Origin: Macrostomum hystrix
Taxonomy: Eukaryota > Animalia > Platyhelminthes
Length of the DNA: 64,000 nucleotides
Direction: 5' to 3'
NCBI GenBank assembly: GCA_950097015.1
Contig: CATNEN010000003.1
Span: forward strand, 5,208,001-5,272,000
This document shows, piece after piece, positions 61,720 through 64,000 of the stretch (position 1 is the first letter of the stretch; each line of letters starts with the position of its first letter). A program made the position numbers and the translations under genes. A model generated the notes under the pieces. The model did not search any database. It saw nothing but the letters and a program-made list of their open reading frames with translations, and was not told the origin of the DNA.

Positions 61720-62170
61720 ATTGAACTCAGGTCCCGGCAAAGCAAGCCTGCGACGTGTGCCAGCTTCGCAAAGCTCAGACCGAGAGCACAGTTGCAGTTT
61801 AACATCGTGCCAACAGCCCCGAGGGACATGGTGCTGGCAAACGAAAATGGGCCCCTGCCTGCGACTCAAGTACATTATCTTCTTCACTGACGCTTTCTCC
61901 TAGTGTATCGAGGCGACCGCTGTGGCCCAGGCGATGCTGAAAAAAGTCATTCCGCGGCACGGGTCACTTGAGGTGATCCACTGAGAATACAGCAATGCAA
62001 CAGGCGCCAGCCTTCACTCCGTTACTGATCGACGAGCTGGTGATGCTCTGTATCACGACCGACTGAAGGCGTCGGCGAGTCTGGTTGTTAATCCGCACCA
62101 GGTCTGGACGCAACTGCTTGACGAGCCGAAGATCGGTTGGCCTCGGCGCGCGTTCTGATAGAACTCGAAG
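61720..62170 (+). mobile_element. Decayed Ty3/gypsy integrase fragment
   Basis: Frame-shifted remnants CDVCQLRK, GPLPA, KYIIFFTDAFS*, VIPRHG..EVIH match integrase zinc-binding and core motifs. Confidence 0.6.
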
Positions 62171-62299
62171 ACGGCCTGACTTTCATGTTACGCAATTGCG
62201 ACGTGTTTCCAGTTTTAGCCACTAGAGTTTGCTAGCTTTTCGAACTGTGTATGCTTTGCTCGTTCTAAACATTTATATTCGTGACCCGCTAAATGTGTG

Positions 62300-63070
62300 C
62301 GTAGCAACCCGCTACATGTGGAGGCAGGGCCATAGCCGGGGTCTTAGAGGAACTCGTCGAAGAAGTTGATGGCCGAACAGGGCTGAGCACAGAGAGCAGC
62401 TGGGGTAAGCCTGATCTTGAACATATGACTGTTGAAAAAGTGTTCGACCGATTCAGCGGCGGCACTGTAGTGACGGCAGCTAAGTGACGTCGTAGGGTCG
62501 AGCCTCGCCGCGTAGGAAGCTATAGGAACTTGCATTGTTTCCGAGCGTAATTGGGCCAAGGTGGTTCTTTTGCGTCTGCTGAGGAGTGAGTTGATGAAGA
62601 GGTCGATGCGCTCGCGAAAGATGACTGTGTGAATAGTGATGAGGAACGTGCAAAGGTATGGCCAAGCGTCGATAACAGGGACGTTTAGATACAGAAGCAT
62701 TAGGATGGAGTTGTTGAAAAGGCGAAGGTTGCCACGGACGGTGCTGTGCGGTGCCGGCTCAGAGAGCAGGTGTCCGTTCTGGTGGCCGGGAAGGGCGCAG
62801 GCGATATAGTGGCTCGCTAGACGCAACAGTCAGCGACGAAATTGGGTGCCGCAGGACCTGCAGAGAGCTGATGAAATTCGGTCGCGGGGGCCGGGAGGGG
62901 ACAGGGCCGGTGTGCGTTGCAGGTGCGCCCACTTGTAGAGGGCATATACTCCTATCGTACTCGATGCTCTCGGATGCTTGAAAAGCCGGATAGATCAGCC
63001 CTGAGTACGCCGATTCCCGCTGCCAAGACACTGGAGCGTCTTGATGTCAGCGCTAACGTCTCGAAGATGT
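62300..63070 (-). mobile_element. Decayed 3' fragment of a non-LTR retrotransposon (I-group-like)
   Basis: TLAQLRS..SYAARLDP..SC..ESVEHFF..P..FF resembles the I-group ORF2 C-terminus with a degenerate zinc knuckle; frameshifts upstream. Confidence 0.6.
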
Positions 63071-63899
63071 GCAGCTTGTGCGTCGGTCTCGACTACCAGT
63101 AATTATTGTTTCGACTTGAAAGAAATCTCTATGATTTATATGTGCGAAATAAATACAATGGCTAAATTGGGTTTTGCTTCCATTAGGACATCACGGACGT
63201 TACACCGAAGTACTGTTTAGGCCGGGCTGCACCAGTGCTGTTACGACTACCAAATTTTGTCTCCACGGAATGCGGACCTTTTCGATAAAGCACGAAAATT
63301 GATCAGGTCTGGTCGATAAGTTGTACGAAAATTAGACGTAACATACAATTCTCATGTTTGTGGACAATATAGTCATGCACAGCACAATTTTGCGTGTGAA
63401 AAGTGTCAATCAAAGTCGAAATAAAAGCCTGGATGTTATGCAATGAAACTAAGCTCAGCAAGAAAGGACGCTAAATTCATTTACTTTTACCAATAGAACC
63501 TACGAAAATGGATCGATTACAAAAATGGTGGGAAACAGCGCGATGAGTTGAAACAAAGGCGCGGATGCTAACGACGCTTTTCAAAGAAATCCAAGAAGGT
63601 TCCCAAGCTAAGCAGTATTATTCCCATTCAACAAAGTAAAAAGGAAATGAGTTCCATTCATCCTGCTGGATGCTGCATGTCTTTGCTAAAACGGATGGTG
63701 ACAGCCATGGCTGCATGGCACTGCAAATGCGCGATCCAAGCCAAAATTTTCATCTGATGAGAAGCGGTTTTTTAAACTGAGTTTTAGACTAACTGACTGA
63801 AACAGGATGAGGTAGCTAAGCGTTTGGCTGAGTATAAATTAGGCAGGGCATGACTGGAGCTTGACGGTACTGAACAGCGACTCGGAAAATTGTGCCGAA

Positions 63900-64000
63900 A
63901 TGAGAAAACAATTCAAGTTTTGCCGAGCTGCAGCTCTCGTGTTGCTGATGCTGAGTCTAATCAGAAGTGCAGACGGATTTGGAGCTTCCAGATTCTACTC
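63900..64000 (+). CDS. Start of a tandem paralog of the lectin gene (runs off the window)
   Basis: First 77 nt identical to 60405-60481; upstream 63818-63899 homologous to 60320-60404. Confidence 0.8.
   Translation, partial: MRKQFKFCRAAALVLLMLSLIRSADGFGASRFY

Overview
Intron-containing animal genomic DNA, not prokaryotic. An EF-hand/dynein-light-chain (TAL) gene and the very dense minisatellite load suggest a flatworm, probably Macrostomum-like (inference). Gene models were rebuilt by hand from GT-AG sites with consistent phases. Minus strand: ribophorin II (RPN2, partial), a 902-aa myosin with one IQ and a C-terminal SH2 domain, a TAL-family protein, stomatin/mec-2-like, hnRNP K and a Gab/DOS adaptor. 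Plus strand: an intronless peptide GPCR with altered DRY/NPxxY motifs, a small IER/SERTA-like gene, a secreted PAN-EGF-C-type lectin and the start of its tandem paralog. Mobile DNA: an intact Tc1/IS630-like transposon with DD30E spacing, a 5'-truncated RNase H LINE with a 12-bp TSD, about five copies of a tRNA-derived SINE, hAT-type and other MITEs, and decayed gypsy and LINE fragments. About 20 tandem arrays explain most of the long low-complexity ORFs. Most notable: the SH2-myosin, the DD30E element, ~1-kb CpG deserts ahead of the three genes with an acceptor just before the ATG, and lectin paralogs with identical signal-peptide DNA but divergent flanks.
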